A DNA stretch of 64,000 bases, taken from the NCBI RefSeq assembly GCF_963506605.1, contig NC_083292.1:29512001-29576000 (forward strand), written 5' to 3'. This document shows positions 1-13,868 of this stretch, one piece after another. The stretch comes from Zootoca vivipara (Eukaryota). A model generated the notes under the pieces. That model did no database searches. It was given only the letters and a program-made list of their open reading frames with translations, and was not told the DNA's origin. Made by a program: the position numbers and the translations under genes. Numbering within the stretch: the stretch's first letter is position 1; each line of letters starts with the position of its first letter.

Positions 1-1010
1 CCATCCCCCGACTGGTCCTGCCTCCTTCTGTTCCCTTTTTGGGCTTCTTCTTTCCTCCCTATCAATCAAAATATAAAACCCTACTAAAGCTTCCTCCTGC
101 AGGGGGCAGTGGGAGACAGGAGTGCCTGGCATGCTCTGGTCCATGGGATCACGAAGAGTCGGACACGACTAAGCGACAACAAATCTCTTCAGGACAAACT
201 TCCTCTGTAAAATCACCTTGACGTAGGTGAAAACAGAGTCATAAATTAATAAATAATAATGATGCTTTTTTAAAAAGCCCAGTACATTGTGAGTAGGGAG
301 CCTCTCGCCCTCCAGATGTTGTTGGACCCCAACTCCCATCAGCCACAGCCAGCATGGCCAGAGATCAGGGATGATGGGCGCTGTAGTTCAGCAACATCTG
401 GAGAACCTGAAGTTCTGCATCCTTACTTTATTCCTTTTTTGGAGAGGAGGAGGAGGAGGAAACAGAACCTAGTTAGTTATTATCAGATTGTGATAATATG
501 GAAGCAGGCTTTTAAACTGGTGGTACCAGTGCTATGGAATGCCCACCCTACTGAAAGACGAGAGGCCCCGTCAGTAGTACTGGCTTGCTGCCAACCCTTG
601 AAGACCCACCTGTTTAGGCAAGCATTCCTCTGAACTTGAAGCTCCCGATGTAATCGTTTTTAACTGTTTTAATTGTTACGCTTTTAATCTGGCTTTTCTA
701 TTGCATATTTTCATTGCATGTGTTTTCAATGTTTTGTGGAAATTATTTTATCGTATATTAAAGAATACACAATGTTACATTCCATAGGATTTCTTTTAGC
801 ACAGTATTTTAAACTCGTAAGCCTATCTTGGGCACCTTGGCAGAAAATGTGATAAATAAATAAATTCATATTTCAATTAATGTATGGATTGTATAATTGA
901 TTTTTCCCCCCACTTGCAAACCCCTTAGAAGCCATTTTGTCATGTAAGTGGCGTATAAAGTTAATAGTCAATAATAATAAAAGGAAGGGTAGGCAGTGGA
1001 GCCGACTCAC

Positions 1011-1202
1011 CTACGTACTCCGGATCCACACGTGGGGAATATAGGCCGAATTTGATAAAGATGGGGAGGAGGAAGCCAAAACGCACCCACTCAATAACAT
1101 AGAGGGGAGGAGTCGCTTCGTCTGGCTTCAGTAGGTCGCAGCCCAAAATGGCGCTCTCTCCCGTCCGGCCAATCACAGCACGGGGCTCTGCTTCACGGGT
1201 AC
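1011..1202 (-). CDS. IGSF9: IGSF9 (protein turtle homolog A) coding exon 2, N-terminal part of Ig domain 1; gene continues beyond the left edge
   Basis: Translates (G)TREAEPRAVIGRTGESAILGCDLLKPDEATPPLYVIEWVRFGFLLPIFIKFGLYSPRVDPEYV(G), matching the IGSF9 motifs GESxxLGCDL and VIEWxRFGFLLPIFIxFGLYSPR. Acceptor ccagcag|GT at 1203/1202, donor TAG|gtgagt at 1011/1010, 192 bp, phase 1-1. Confidence 0.93.
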
Positions 1203-3120
1203 CTGCTGGTGGTAAAGTCAGAAGCACATTTTATTTTATTTTTTTCTATTTATTCCACGGAATTTATATGCCACTTGATTGTAAGGGGGGGGGACCCTCA
1301 AAGCGGTTTACGAAAAAGGCAAACAAAGGCTTTCTGTGCAGCCTTGAAAAAAAAGGCCTCCAAAAGTTTTAAAAGTTCTAGTCCAGAGGCCAGCATCCCT
1401 TTGGGGGCCTGTGGACACACCTGGATTTTTGAGTAACCTGCTGTCACAAAATGGCTGCCATGAGGGGTTTCGCACACACAAAATGTCTGCCACATCAAAA
1501 AGGAAAAAAGAGAGGCAGGAACACACAATGACACCCAGGATCCCTCCCCAATAGGGGAGAAATCACCTATATCGGCCAACACCACACTTGGTTAAAGAGA
1601 AGCTCTTTGCGCCTTTCCTCTGTCTGGATGGGGCCGGGAGTCCAATTCTAGTATTCAATTAAATGTGGGCATGTTCAATGTAGGCGAGGCTGAAACAGCG
1701 TGAAAAAGAACTGAACAAGAACAACAAACAGCCTCTCAGGCGTTGTGTAGTTTGGAAGGAATATTGTCCCACCTAGCCCTGACCTGGTACCAGACACCCC
1801 CAAGGCCGAGGCAGCCCCCCCCCCGGTCCTCAATCCTCAAGAGCAACAGGTTTGAGTCCAGGCCAAAGCGTGATGGCACACTATGCACACACAGGCTGAC
1901 AGTCATTGGTCTACTTGCAAGTAAGGGGCTTATTTGTGAGTAAGGATTCCTCACTCCTGCATCACAGCTGGCAGTTGTGGTTAGAGTATGGCTTAGGAGG
2001 CAAGAATATGGAAATCAAGCCCATAACGCTATGCTCTTTGCGCTTTCCCTCATTCACCCAACGTGCTCTATTGCCAAAAAAGTGGCACTCTTGAGCCACA
2101 CCCCAGATTAAGTGTGCTACTCCCCCCCCCCATAGTGTTCCTGTGCCTTTCCAAACAGCAGGTGGAAATTCAAGCAGTGTATTTTTTTTCCCTCAGCACA
2201 CAAATGCAGAAAAGCTTCACCTGCTAAAAGCCAACCTATCATGGGGCTGGGAAGCAAGTTGGCCACACTAATTTGTGAATTATTGCTGCACGGAAAGGCA
2301 CCCTGTAGCGAAAAGGCAGCTTGTTAATTGAGCAGAGGGAATTCAACGGGCGGAAAGTTAAGTTGCAGAAATCCCAGGGAAAAACAGGAGTGCCACACAC
2401 TTGGCTGGCTATGTAGACTTGAGTTTGCAAGAAAGTTACATTCGTAGACTCCTTCTACCGACAAGTGCAGCCTAGTTGCCAATTCTTTCGGCTCCTAAAG
2501 TTCCCATTATAAGCAAACAATGGATGATTCAAGGATGTCCGTGTGCTATAACTCCATGGCAGAATAAAACAAATAATGAAGACCAAGTTTCTAGTCCAGG
2601 CATAGGCAAACTCGGGCCTCCAGATATTTTGGGACTACAACTCCCATCATCCCTAGCTAACAGGACCAGTGGTCAGAGATGATGGGAATTGTAGTCCAAA
2701 AACAGCTGGAGGGCCAAATTTGGCCATCACTGTAATGTAAGTTGTGGTGCAAGTAAGGGAACATAGGTTTTCATGACATATTTTGGGTGGTCTCCAAGGG
2801 AATAAACAAACAAACAAAAAACCAAAACAAGGAATGGGGAACCTCAGGGCTAGAGAATAAATGCAGCCTAGAGAGATTTCCAAGGGCCAGACAGAGAGGC
2901 AGAGAGGGCCGTGGGCCAGAGGTGCTCCACCTTTGGGCTACAGAATCTTCAGAGCCACAAACCCCGCCCACTCTGGGCTCTGGCTCCGCCCACCACCAGC
3001 TGCGGCCCCCTCGAATGACATTTCCCCAGGGTCAGCGGCCCTTCATAGCCTATTGGCAAGACTTAGCGCACCGCCAGCATCGTCTTCCAAAAGAGAGACC
3101 AACAAAAAACCTTTGCCCAC

Positions 3121-3178
3121 CTTCAGCGAAGCTGCTGCAGACCAGGGCAAGGCGGACAATCCATAAACGCCAATTCAT
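3121..3178 (-). CDS. IGSF9: IGSF9 coding exon 1, signal peptide MNWRLWIVRLALVCSSFAE(G)
   Basis: ATG at 3178, 58 coding nt, phase-1 donor GAAG|gtgggc that joins in frame to the 1202 acceptor. Hydrophobic 19-aa leader comparable to human MVWCLGLAVLSLVISQGADG. Likely exon acceptor (tttgctccgacag) at 3499/3498. Confidence 0.85.
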
Positions 3179-4154
3179 AGCACAGCTGCCCCCACCAGAC
3201 ACCTCGCACCGCCAAAACCGCCCACTTGCCGAAACGCCGAGCCGGCAAGCTGACCAGCTGCTCGTTTGAGGGAGGAGGTGGTAGAAGAGAGGGTCAGGCT
3301 GCCCCTTGCAGCTCAGGAGACACCATCGGACGATTCCCGGGGAACTTGGTGATGGAGCCTTGCAGCCTGTACGCCGTTTCTCATCCCCACAAAGCCCTTC
3401 GGAGTAGCACCAGTTTCTGCCGCTTTAGCGAGCTGGCAGGGAAGTCTCAAGACTTCAGAGCTTTCTGTCGAACTCTGCACCTCAGCATAGACCAAACCCT
3501 GTCGGAGCAAAAGATCCAGAAAGGGGAAATTAATTCAGATTTGTTTATCTTTGTTTATACGTACATAATAAAAGGTTATTTAGTAAAAGTATTCATGCAA
3601 TGCAGTACTGCGGTGCACATTGATACATACAATAAATAAAATGCCACAAAGTGGTAAAAATAATTGTGACTGGCCAATAAAAATAAAATAAAAGGAGTCT
3701 TCCATCAAATCGCCATTCAGCCTTGAAGCTCACCTTGGGCCAGTCATGGCCTCTAAGCCTAACCTACCTCACAGGGTCGTTGTGGGGATTAAAATAAGGA
3801 GTGGAATAAACATGAAAATGATGAAATGTCTTCAAGAGATGCCTGGAAACCAAAAAAATGAGGGTCTCTGCCAATCACATCTGGAGGGCCACAGGCTCCT
3901 CAATCTTGTTTTTACTCGTTCTTGTCAATCTGCTCTTACGGACCAGAGGTTATGCCCAACCGAAATCTACTCTTCTGCAATTCTAGCTCATGGGCTTCTA
4001 TACCAGCAGCAAAGAACAAGCCTTTGCATTTCTCCTATATGATGGCCCTCCAGCAATTTCAAAGAGTGCTGCCCTGTGTATGTCCCCCTGCCCCAGTCTT
4101 CCCTACTGAATTAAACAACGTGGCCTTCATAAGAATGACTCTTGTCCCCAGCGA

Positions 4155-4660
4155 ACCGAAAAAACCAGAGTTCTTTCTGTTGGGGATAATTCAGACTGAA
4201 ATTCCCAGGTGTCAGAAAAGGTTATTTATGTATGCTACTACTGCGGCCCGTGTTTCGTTAGCCCCAAAATGGAAAACGAGCAAGGTCCCAACTGAAGAAG
4301 AACGGCAACTTAAGTTGACAGAATATGTACAACTTTCAGACTTAACGTATGGAATAAGAGAACAAGAAGAATAAATGTTTAAAGAAGGTTGGGAAACGTT
4401 TATTGAATATATGGAAAATAACTGTGTACAGCTGAAAACGCTGGCAGCATTAAGATAAATTCAACAGTGTAAATAAGTTGGATGCAATAATGGATGGATG
4501 CAATAATGGAATACTGACTGGTATAGTTTTTGCAAAATATGCAGGGATTTGAGATCTATAAAATGAACCATGGAAAGAGAAGAAGGGAAGGCATTGATAT
4601 CTTAAAGATGTAAAATGAGCATTTGAAATTGTAAAACAGAAAATGTAATAATTATTTTTT
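4155..4660 (+). mobile_element. L1/Tx1-clade LINE 3' fragment (ORF2 C-terminus and 3' UTR)
   Basis: PEFFLLGII...LFMYATTAARxxLAPKWK motif shared with the 47954-48412 ORF; A-rich end. Confidence 0.7.
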
Positions 4661-7600
4661 TAAAAAATGACTCTCATTCCCCGATCCCTTGAAATAGCTT
4701 AGATTGTAAAGGGGGACACAGAAGGGTGTGTCACTGTGTATAGAAACTAGTCTACTGTGTGCAAAGGTAAAATTCACAGGTAATTTCCCTGCTCACCACA
4801 GTCACAGGGACTTTTGAAGGTTGCCCAGAAGTAACATGGTCCTTGAGCATAGAAAGAGTTCCCTGTTCCCTTTTACAGAAGCAAGAAAGCTGATGGGCTG
4901 ACAGATTCAACTCTGAACTCCGCAAAAATCTCCTATTCTACCTCCTTCCCTTCCTCAGCCCTCATTAGCTTTCCTCTCTCTCCATCTCCTTAGCCTCATC
5001 TCCCTCTCCTGCCTTTTTGGGGGGGGGAGTGAGGTCTAGAGGTAATTTGCCTATTCCAACCTTGCTCATAAGGAACCTCCGCTTTCCACCTTCCCAGCAG
5101 ACAGAATGTTATAGATTCTGCCCAAAGCCCACCCATATCTATTTCTGCGTTTTAAACACCCTGGGAAAGAGGGGAGGGGAGGGGGAACGGTCATGCTCTC
5201 CCTAATATTCTCTCTCCTCCTCTTTTAAAATCTTCACAACTCTGCTAAATTAAAAACACACACGTCTTGGCCAGCAAGTAACTCCAGGCAGACTCCGACT
5301 CACACAGGCTCAAGAGTTGTTTGGCCCACTTCGCGCTTTCTGATACGATCTGTGCAAAACTCGCTGATGGATGGGCTCTGGGGAAGGCTGCGATTTGATT
5401 TTTATTTTAAAAAGCGTTGGCTCGAAACTGAAGGCATGCAGGCCAATTAAGGTTAAATTGGGAGGATGGGGCCCTGGAAGTGTAGGCCTACAAATGCCAG
5501 TTCACAAAGGAGGCGGAATTCTCCCCCCCCCCCCAAAGGATATTTATTTTGCTGCACAAAGTGTCTTGGAGATCGGTTTATTTTTGCTGGTGGTTGGGCT
5601 TCAGAATGCCATGGCTGGGCCAGTTCCAGAAAACTAGGCCGCATCCACACCAATACGTTTAAAAGCTCTATTATACCACTTTAACAGCCATGGCTTCCCT
5701 CATATCACCGGGGCAAAACAGAGGTGCCTTTCTCTGTATTGGGGTGGAGGAACCTGAAGAGCCCAATGTGGCCCTCCAGGCCTCTCTGCTCGGCCCTTGG
5801 GACCCCCAGGCCACACCCCTCACTGGCCATACACCATGCCCTGCCCTTTTCATGTGAACTGAATGTTTCCTTAAGCTGTGTTAACGGTGCAAAATGCGCC
5901 TGGCAAATTTCAAACACTGGCTGAACACACCCCATAGAGGAATTGAACTGGAAAAATGGAATATAAACACATATTATTAATTACAGACAAACCAAAATTA
6001 TGCTTTGGGATCCCGGCATTCAGCTGGTACACAGGCAGCATGGTCCCTTGCTGCTACTGTGGAGTACAGTTCCGCAGGCAGAACAGGTGCTGTATAGCAA
6101 AGCTCAGCTCCTCTGCCCTTTAACCCACACCTAACACTCAGCTTGCCAATCCTTGCTCGATATTAGGGGGCCAGGGTCTTTATCCTAGCATCCCAGAAAG
6201 GTTACAGTTCCTCATCGAGTGTGTCTACATTCACCTTTGGAAGAGTTTACAACATGATTCCACCCAGTTCAGCACCCTGCAAATCTTAGTGCACCCCGCC
6301 CCACTCTCTTCAAAACGAAAGCAAGTTTCTAGTCCTCATGGGCTGAAAAAATTGGCTTCAAAGTATGCGGGCAATACATTGTAAATTCTCAGGTGGGGGT
6401 GAGGGGTCTCTTTCTACTCTGCCTAAAGCAGGGCACCAGGATACAAGGGCACTGCCTTTGTGGTCTTTAAAAGAGGCTGTGTGAAATATACACACATAAA
6501 ATTATCTAGGCATCAGTTTGTTTTGTTTCTCGCTTTCTAACCAGACGATCAATGACCGGGCTTGGCACTTCAGTGCCTGTAGCTCACTGCCGTTCCCCAT
6601 GATTACTGAAGCAGAAATGAATTTATGCGAGCTAACGGGATGCGTGCCAATTTTCATGATTTACACAGGTTGCAGAATTCCTCTTTTCTCCACGCCAAAG
6701 CTGCACATTCCCTTCTCACCACACTGATGAAGTTTAGGTTGTAAGCGCCTCGAGGCAAGAGCCTGTACAGGACTGCACCACAGCAGACGAGAGGCTACTG
6801 TGTGTACAATTTCAATTTCGAGTCTATCAATCTACTGAACTTGCACACACTTTTATACGAGAAAAATCCATCTTGTGTTGGGGGAGGCATACATTTTCTA
6901 AAAACAATGTGCACCTATGTTGCAGCAGGTCTTAAAAGAGGCATTCAGTATTCTTGCTCTCAAACTGGTACACAAATCCGTTTTCTAAGATGGTTCTTGC
7001 TGTCTGCAGTTTTAGTAAGTATATTTCTTTTTTAAAATATTTAACATTTCCTCCAATGAACATGAGAAGAGCCTGCTGGATGAGGCCAATGGCTCATCTA
7101 GTCCAGCATTTTGTTCTCATAGTGGTCACCTAGATGCCTGTAGGAAACCCTCAAGCAGCAGAGTTCAAGGCACCACACTTTATCTTCACAATACCCCTGT
7201 AGGGTAGGACAAGCTGGGACAAATGAATAGCCCAGGGTCACCACATAAGCTTAATGGCCAATTGGAGGATCAGTACTTAGGTCTCCCTTAGAGACTCTTA
7301 ACTACTTGACAGGCCAATGCCTCTCCAGATATTCAGGATAATATTAAAGATAGGCTTCACTGTGTGTGGTGACGTTTCTGCAGCCATTTGGCCAAAGCTA
7401 AGTACGATTTCTGCCCCGGCAGATAGCTGACGACAAGCTATTCTCATCCTTGACTGTCACTCCAACCACACCAGCATGCAAAAATAATAATTGGTTCTCC
7501 AACTAACTGAGGGCATTATTACAGCTGATCAATTTTTTTAAAGCCAATTAATTAATCAACCTAATCATGCGGCCATAACAACCACTCCCACAAAGGCTGG

Positions 7601-9499
7601 ACTGGTTGGGGGTGGTAGTTCTACCCCTAATTCTCCATACCCTGTTTTTGTTGGTCTACAAAATTTTGGTTTCTCCTAGGGCTGCCATACGTCCGGATTT
7701 TCCCGGGCATATCTGGTCGGAAAATTGGGCAGACGTCAGGGAAAATCCAGGCATATGGCAGCCCATGTTGGCAGTGCCCATTTTGCAGGTTTTTCTTTCA
7801 AAAAATGGCATATTTTCAGCAACCTTGCCCAACAGCTTTGGCAAAAAAAAGGAAGAAGAGCTCAACAACTTTTCTGTTTGAAATATGGCAACCCTAGTTT
7901 CTCCCTCATCCTGCTGTTCCTCCATCTTGTTTCTTGGTGACACTGCTTAGGTTACTATCCTGCCGCCCACCAGAGAGTTCGCTATTACAAAGAGCTGCAG
8001 TTCAGCACCCTGATGTAATGAAAGCCACTCGCCTGCTCCAGAGCTTTTGGCTGACTTTTTTGGAGTGCATTTTATATATTTTTTGTTAGCTACTTTGACT
8101 TTAAGGAAAGCTGGGGTACAAATGTTTTAAAAGAACACAAAAGGGAAGACAGTGCAATTTCCCCCTCCTCCAGCAAATAATCAGGACTGGACAGGGATGC
8201 ATGGAAAGGCAATCTCAGAAAGCTTTTATGCATGGTGGCTGGATCAGGCCAAAAGGCCCATCAAGTTCAGGATTCTGTTCTGACAAATGGCCAACCTACA
8301 TTTAAAAGCAGGGGAATTAGAGAGAGGAAGAAGCAATTTTCTGGAAAGAGAGGAGATGGCTATTACACTTATGCCAAAATTAGAGTTCCTCAGTTACGCT
8401 GTCTTCTAGGGAAAAGTTTCTGGCTCCAGTTACTTATGAGAAGAGCAAACCAAGAGTAGCAAAATCTCCTACAGATTGCACCCCAGTTCCAGGTGGGAAA
8501 ATCCAACCCATCACATCTCCCCTTTGGATGATCCCTCTATCTGGGCACCACTGCCAAGCGACCAAACACACAACAGCAGTCCTCTCAAACACACCGGCTT
8601 TCTAATGAATACATTTCCACTTTTCAAAGTAAAATAAGAACTTCTCTCAGCTCCGTAAGGAAAACAGACAGGGAGATGGAGGATACTGTGCTTTTGTGTG
8701 AAGAAAAGCGCTAAAATAGTTATTACTGATGCTAATCGGTATCGATCATGATATGTGAGCCAAGCTCCCATTTGCCAACCCCCCCCCCTGCTGAATTGTT
8801 CGAACAGCCTTCCTCCAGCCTGAGCCCCCAATCGCAAAGGGAGATCGGCTTCCATTCCCGTCCCCAATAAATGTCTGGGGGAAGAACAAACAGCCAGTGC
8901 TGCATCTGGGATATATGCTCACGATGATCCAGCGTAAACGCAAGAAAGCGCCCTGGGATATTTCGTATGAATTTGAATCCAAAGCCCACAGCCAGGCACC
9001 ATCTTTCAGATCCACTTCCAAAGGTTCCAAAAACTGTTCACCAGGCTGGATATTTTAAACAAAGGGGAGGGGGTGTTGTGGAAATTAACCGTCTTTCTGT
9101 TGAAGTCTGGGACCTGCAGTCGGTTACAGTCTCATAAGTTAGAGAACCTCCATATGTGGCTCTACACACTTTGATCCCCCGCCCCCATAGTTTCCAGCTG
9201 AAAGACGCATTTTTTTATAACAACACAGCAGACTTCCACATTGCCTTGTTCCTGTGTGAAAAACCCAGGAGTCCTGCCTGCTCAGCCCCCACCTCTTCGA
9301 GCCCGAAGGGGAACCCAGGCACCCTGAGAATCCTTCTAGGCCACAGATGGTGAGCATCAAACCCAGGGGCCAAATATGTCCCTCCAGACCTGTCTGGCCC
9401 TTGAGACTCTCCCAGCGCAACATCTCATCCTGGTCCTGCTCTGTTTCCACCTGGGTGGAATTTGCCCCTGAACTCCAAACCCTCTGCACAAAAGGAAAC

Positions 9500-10900
9500 C
9501 GTGCATTCACCGTGCCTGCCCACTTGGAGGCCGATCACATGCATGTGGCCCCGGGAAGATTGTCTCGAAGGGAATGTGGCCCTTGGTCTGAAACGGATCC
9601 CCCCCCCCCCCGATCTAGAACAGACTCTCGGCTCTCCAAGACCACCCAGTTCTTCTCCCTCTTCTGGAGTCTGGCGGGGATGGAAGCGGAGGCTCTTACG
9701 GTACTTCCTAGCGACAAGCGTCTCCTCCGAGCAGAGCCCCCGAGGCTGTTCCCGACTCTCCACCTCAAACCACTAGACTTCTCTTCCCTCGCTTAAAAGC
9801 TGGACCTGGAAAATCGCGATTCTCTCCCCCTATGCGCGCGACGGCAGAGGTGCAGGTCCAAACTGCTGTTCCAGACTCCCCTCCCTCTGGGGAGACAACC
9901 CAGGCGTCCTGGCTCTCCCGGATCCGCCTCCCCAACCCCCTGCCCGGCCCCGCTGGAGTTGGGAGGGGGAAGCAAGAGTAGGATCGCCGACCCACCAAAC
10001 CCCGCAACTCTCTCCTGAACAGTTGGGGGGACAAAAGCTTCAGCTCCTACCAATTCCGCAGCCTCTCGCGACTAGGGAAAAAGCGCACGCATTATTAGAT
10101 CCGGGCTCAAGACGGGGGACCCCATCGCCCTCCTGTCTCCGACGCACAGGGGTTTTTTGTTTTTTTTACCTGCGCACAGGCGCCGCTTTGCTGTGCCCCC
10201 TCCCAGGAAGGGCTCTTCCGTCCCGGCCAGCCTCTGAGCTCCGGCCGCCGGCTCCATCAACAAGTCCCCAGCCAGCAAGCCGCGGCGCTCCCAGGCAGCT
10301 CTCGCCGCTTGGGCGCAAACATTGCGCGCAGGATCGGCGCTTGGAGAGGGGATGTGCGCGCGCCCCTTTAATTTTCGGAATACCCTCTTTTTTACTGCTA
10401 TCAAAATTTTAAGTATTTCTCCCTTTCAGTGTTCTCGCATCCCTCCACCCGCCTTGCAAGACACCGGATTCCCCTCAAGCGCAAAATAAGAAGGCGCGCG
10501 CGGGCGCGCAATCCGCCTGCGCTGAGATATAAGCGCTACGATCTCAACTCGCTTCTCTTTAACTCCCCCAGCCAAGCTTTTGGCAAGAAAAACTCGCAGC
10601 ACAATGGAGGGGCGGGTCCCCTGGCCCCCTCCCTTCCCCAAGCCGCTTTGTTGCCACAGGAACAGCCAATCCCGCGCCCAGAAACACCTCTTGCGCCTTC
10701 CAAACTCACTAATCAGAAAAGCGGAAAGGCAGGACTTGAGAGCTTTTAAAAGAGGGGGCGGGCGAGGCTATGTGTGGATTTATAGCCATCTATGTCCGTT
10801 TCGTTTGCAAAGGCTTGTGGGAGATGTAGTTCACCCCCCGTGGGCCGAGGGCTCCTCTATTGATGCGGAGTCAGTGCCTCCTAGCGGAATGGGCTGATGA
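9500..10900 (-). promoter_or_regulatory. IGSF9: CpG island, probable IGSF9 promoter and non-coding first exon (donor near 10170)
   Basis: GC- and CpG-rich stretch (many GCGC/CGCG, GGGCGG boxes) upstream of the signal exon. Minus-strand donor gcgcag|gtaaaa at ~10170/10169. Confidence 0.6.
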
Positions 10901-12826
10901 GCATGTTGCAAAGGATGGTGATCTCTCTTCCCTCCCCATTTTACAAATGATTGCCCCCACCCTCAGAGCCGAATCTATTTGATAATGCTGTTTTACTGGT
11001 TTTTATGTTGTCTCTCCACTCTGTTTTATTATATATTTAATACATTTGTTGTTGTTGTTTAGTCGTGTGTCCGACTCTTCGTGACCCCATGAACCATGCA
11101 TTTAGTGGTTGCTTTTTAACCAAGGTAACCCAACATGACACACAAACAAACACATACATTGAAAGGAAAAACGAATAAAATCCTATTTTTCAAAGGCAGG
11201 ATTAAAACATTCCACCCATGGGTAATTAAGAGCCAAAGACCTGGTGAAAAAGAAATATTTTTTGCCTGGCGTCAGATGATGATGATTACAGGGTCCGGGT
11301 CGTTTCAAAATGGGAGAGGCAGACCATGAGGTGTTAGGGTCCTGAGCCATTTGAGGCTTTATAGGTCAAAACCAGCACTTTGAATTGGGCCTGGAAACCA
11401 ATGGGCTGCCAGCAACTTGGCCACTGAATTCTGCACCAAGTCACCTTCAAAGGCTGTACCACACATAACACATTGCAGTAATCTAACACAGAAGCTACCT
11501 ACTGGAACATAGACAACAGAAGTTTGAATGTTTCATTTTTTGTACACCACTTAAAGGTTTTTATTGAGCAGTGTATAAATGTTTTTAAAATGAACGAACT
11601 CCCTGAACAGTTGGTTTGGCTATGCAGAGTCCAATCCCAAACCCTCCAGGTGTCCTTTTCATTCTGCATTCATGTGTATTCCGCAACCTGTCATCGACAC
11701 GATAATAGTGGATTGGTGGCGGATTTCGTCTGGACTGTCCACTCAACATTCCACCTTATTAACTGCTCTGCTGTGCTTCTGCATTATTGCCGTCCGGAGG
11801 GGCACAGCATAATAAAAAACTTAAACCTGAACAGTTGTGGTATGAAATATTACAGGATTTCAGCAGGGAGTTGCAAGGCATGCAGGGACTGGAAATGAGG
11901 CAGCATGTCCCCCCCCCCCCATGAAACATTTGCAGGCACAAATAGTGTAACTGCCCTGATAATGTCATGAGCACAAATAATCATGAATGCACAACAAAAA
12001 GGGCATTATGGAGAGTTCCCGTGAGCTCAGAAGAGCAGGATTTACCAAGTAAATCCAAGACACATTCTACTTTCCCGATGCTTTTTGGACAGGCTATGAG
12101 ATGCACAGGTGCGTGATCAAATGTGACTCAACGCGCCGCAGTGGGGAGCCCAGTCTCTCGCTGCGGCTTCTAAATTGCCACTCAAACCCAAACTCCCCTT
12201 CCATTCTCCACTTCCCCCTGGGCACAAAGCAAGCCTCCTCTACTGTGACTGCACACACATCAGAGCCAGGCAAGGCAGCAGGTGTGTGACGGAGGGATTA
12301 TTTTCCTCTCTCTAATCACTACCTCAGAGGGGCTGAAACAAGAGATATTGTTTGAAGTTCCCTTTAATCTAATCCTGGTCTGGGCGCAGGAGACATCTGA
12401 TCTCTCGCTGCGGCGGCTGAGCTGGAAATACCTGTCTGGGCTCAAATCCATCCAGGCCTCCCCCCCCCCGCCCCTTTATTTTGTCAAAGTTTTAAAATAT
12501 ATTTCCCAGCCAAGGAATGCGTTGAAACAAGGCTCAAATTCCATTCACCCAGCCCCTCTAAGCCTTCACAAGTAGCAGCTGCTCTAGGAACCTGCATTTT
12601 ACCAAATCAGACCAGGGTGCATCTCTCTCAATATCATGTAACACCAGAGGTTCTCAACCTTTATTTTTTTACACACCCCTGGGGTCACTTGAAAGCTGCT
12701 GAGGATTTTGGTGGATCACTCAATTATTATTTTTGCTTTCTGTTGTAAGAATTGTAATGTGCTGTGCTGGGGCTTATTTTATTTGTTATTATGCTGTGTT
12801 TTATTGTGTAGGATTCAAATTGCATA

Positions 12827-12976
12827 GGGATAGCTCAGTCGGCAGAAGCATGGGGTGCTTAATCTCAGGATCATGGGTTTGAGCCCCACGTTGGGCAAAA
12901 GATTCCTGGGTTGCAGGGGGTTGGACTAGATGACCCCCTAGGATCCCTTCCAACTCTGCAGTTCTATGATTCTATG
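12827..12976 (+). mobile_element. tRNA(Lys)-derived SINE with CR1-like tail, nested in a hAT-like element (~12645-13165)
   Basis: tRNA-like head (tagctcagtcgg...gtttgagcccc), tail gttggactagatgacc...ttctatgattctatg, flanking direct repeat attcaaattg. Confidence 0.7.
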
Positions 12977-13597
12977 AATTCAAATTGTGATACAATAGAA
13001 TGCAATATAGGAAATGAAATAAGCAATAAGCATACAAATAAAATTCAACAGGAGGCACATGCCATCGCCTGCCTTCAGCCACAAATCCACAGACATGCCG
13101 TGGACCAGCACCACAAAACTCCCAAACATCTGGTTGTCCGCAGGCTACGGTTTGAGAACCCCCGGTCTACACAGACTGGCAGTGGCTCTCCAGGCTTTCA
13201 GACAGGGCCTTTTCCAGTCCCATCGGGAGATGTAGGGGATTAAACCAGTGACATTCTACATGCAACGCAGCTGCTCTACCTCTCTTTTAACCACGAATAT
13301 TGCTGTATATTTAGCCGCATTTTTGGACTATAGCTTTACTCTGCCTTTCCTCCAAGGATTCGCGACTTCCTCTTGACAACAACAATGCTGCAAGGGAGGA
13401 GGGGCTGGCAGAGAGAAAGAGGAAGGCTGGATCCAGGCACGTCAAATAAGCGATTCAGTTAAACGCGTTATAAACTCATACAGTAACGGGAAATCTGGTA
13501 GGGAAAGACAGGACTCCACAGTGCCATCTGGTGTCGCAGTGTTATATCGCATAATACAAAGCACCTAAGATGCTTTTCCTTTACCCATCTAGCTGAG

Positions 13598-13599
<2 letters not shown>

Positions 13600-13639
<40 letters not shown>
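13600..13639. repeat. (AG)n microsatellite
   Basis: About 20 AG units. Confidence 0.95.
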
Positions 13640-13643
<4 letters not shown>

Positions 13644-13721
13644 TACTTATTGGAATCCAGTGAGCTTCATGGCTGAACAGGGAAGCCATTCTGCTGGGTG
13701 AGACCAGAGGACTACCTAGAC

Positions 13722-13868
13722 CAGGCATTCCCAAACTTTGGCCCCCCAGATGGACTACAATTGTTTTGGACTACAATTCCCATCATCCCTGACCACTGGT
13801 CCTGTTAGCTAGGGTTCATGGGAGTTGTAGGCTGAAACATCTGGAGGGCCGCAGTTTGGGGATGCCTG
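13722..13868. mobile_element. Palindromic hAT-type MITE (~135-bp family)
   Basis: TIRs caggcat(t/c)cccaaact...agtttggggatgcctg, 8-bp TSD acctagac on both sides. Confidence 0.85.

Noticed and set aside
8511-8867. ORF with hydrophobic stretch (LASVITILALFF) as a possible IGSF9 signal exon
   Set aside because: No suitable phase-1 donor; 3121-3178 fits size, phase and sequence far better.
12827-12897. tRNA-Lys(CTT)-like sequence
   Set aside because: Degenerate stems, fused to a CR1-type tail with flanking direct repeats; it is a SINE head, not a tRNA gene.
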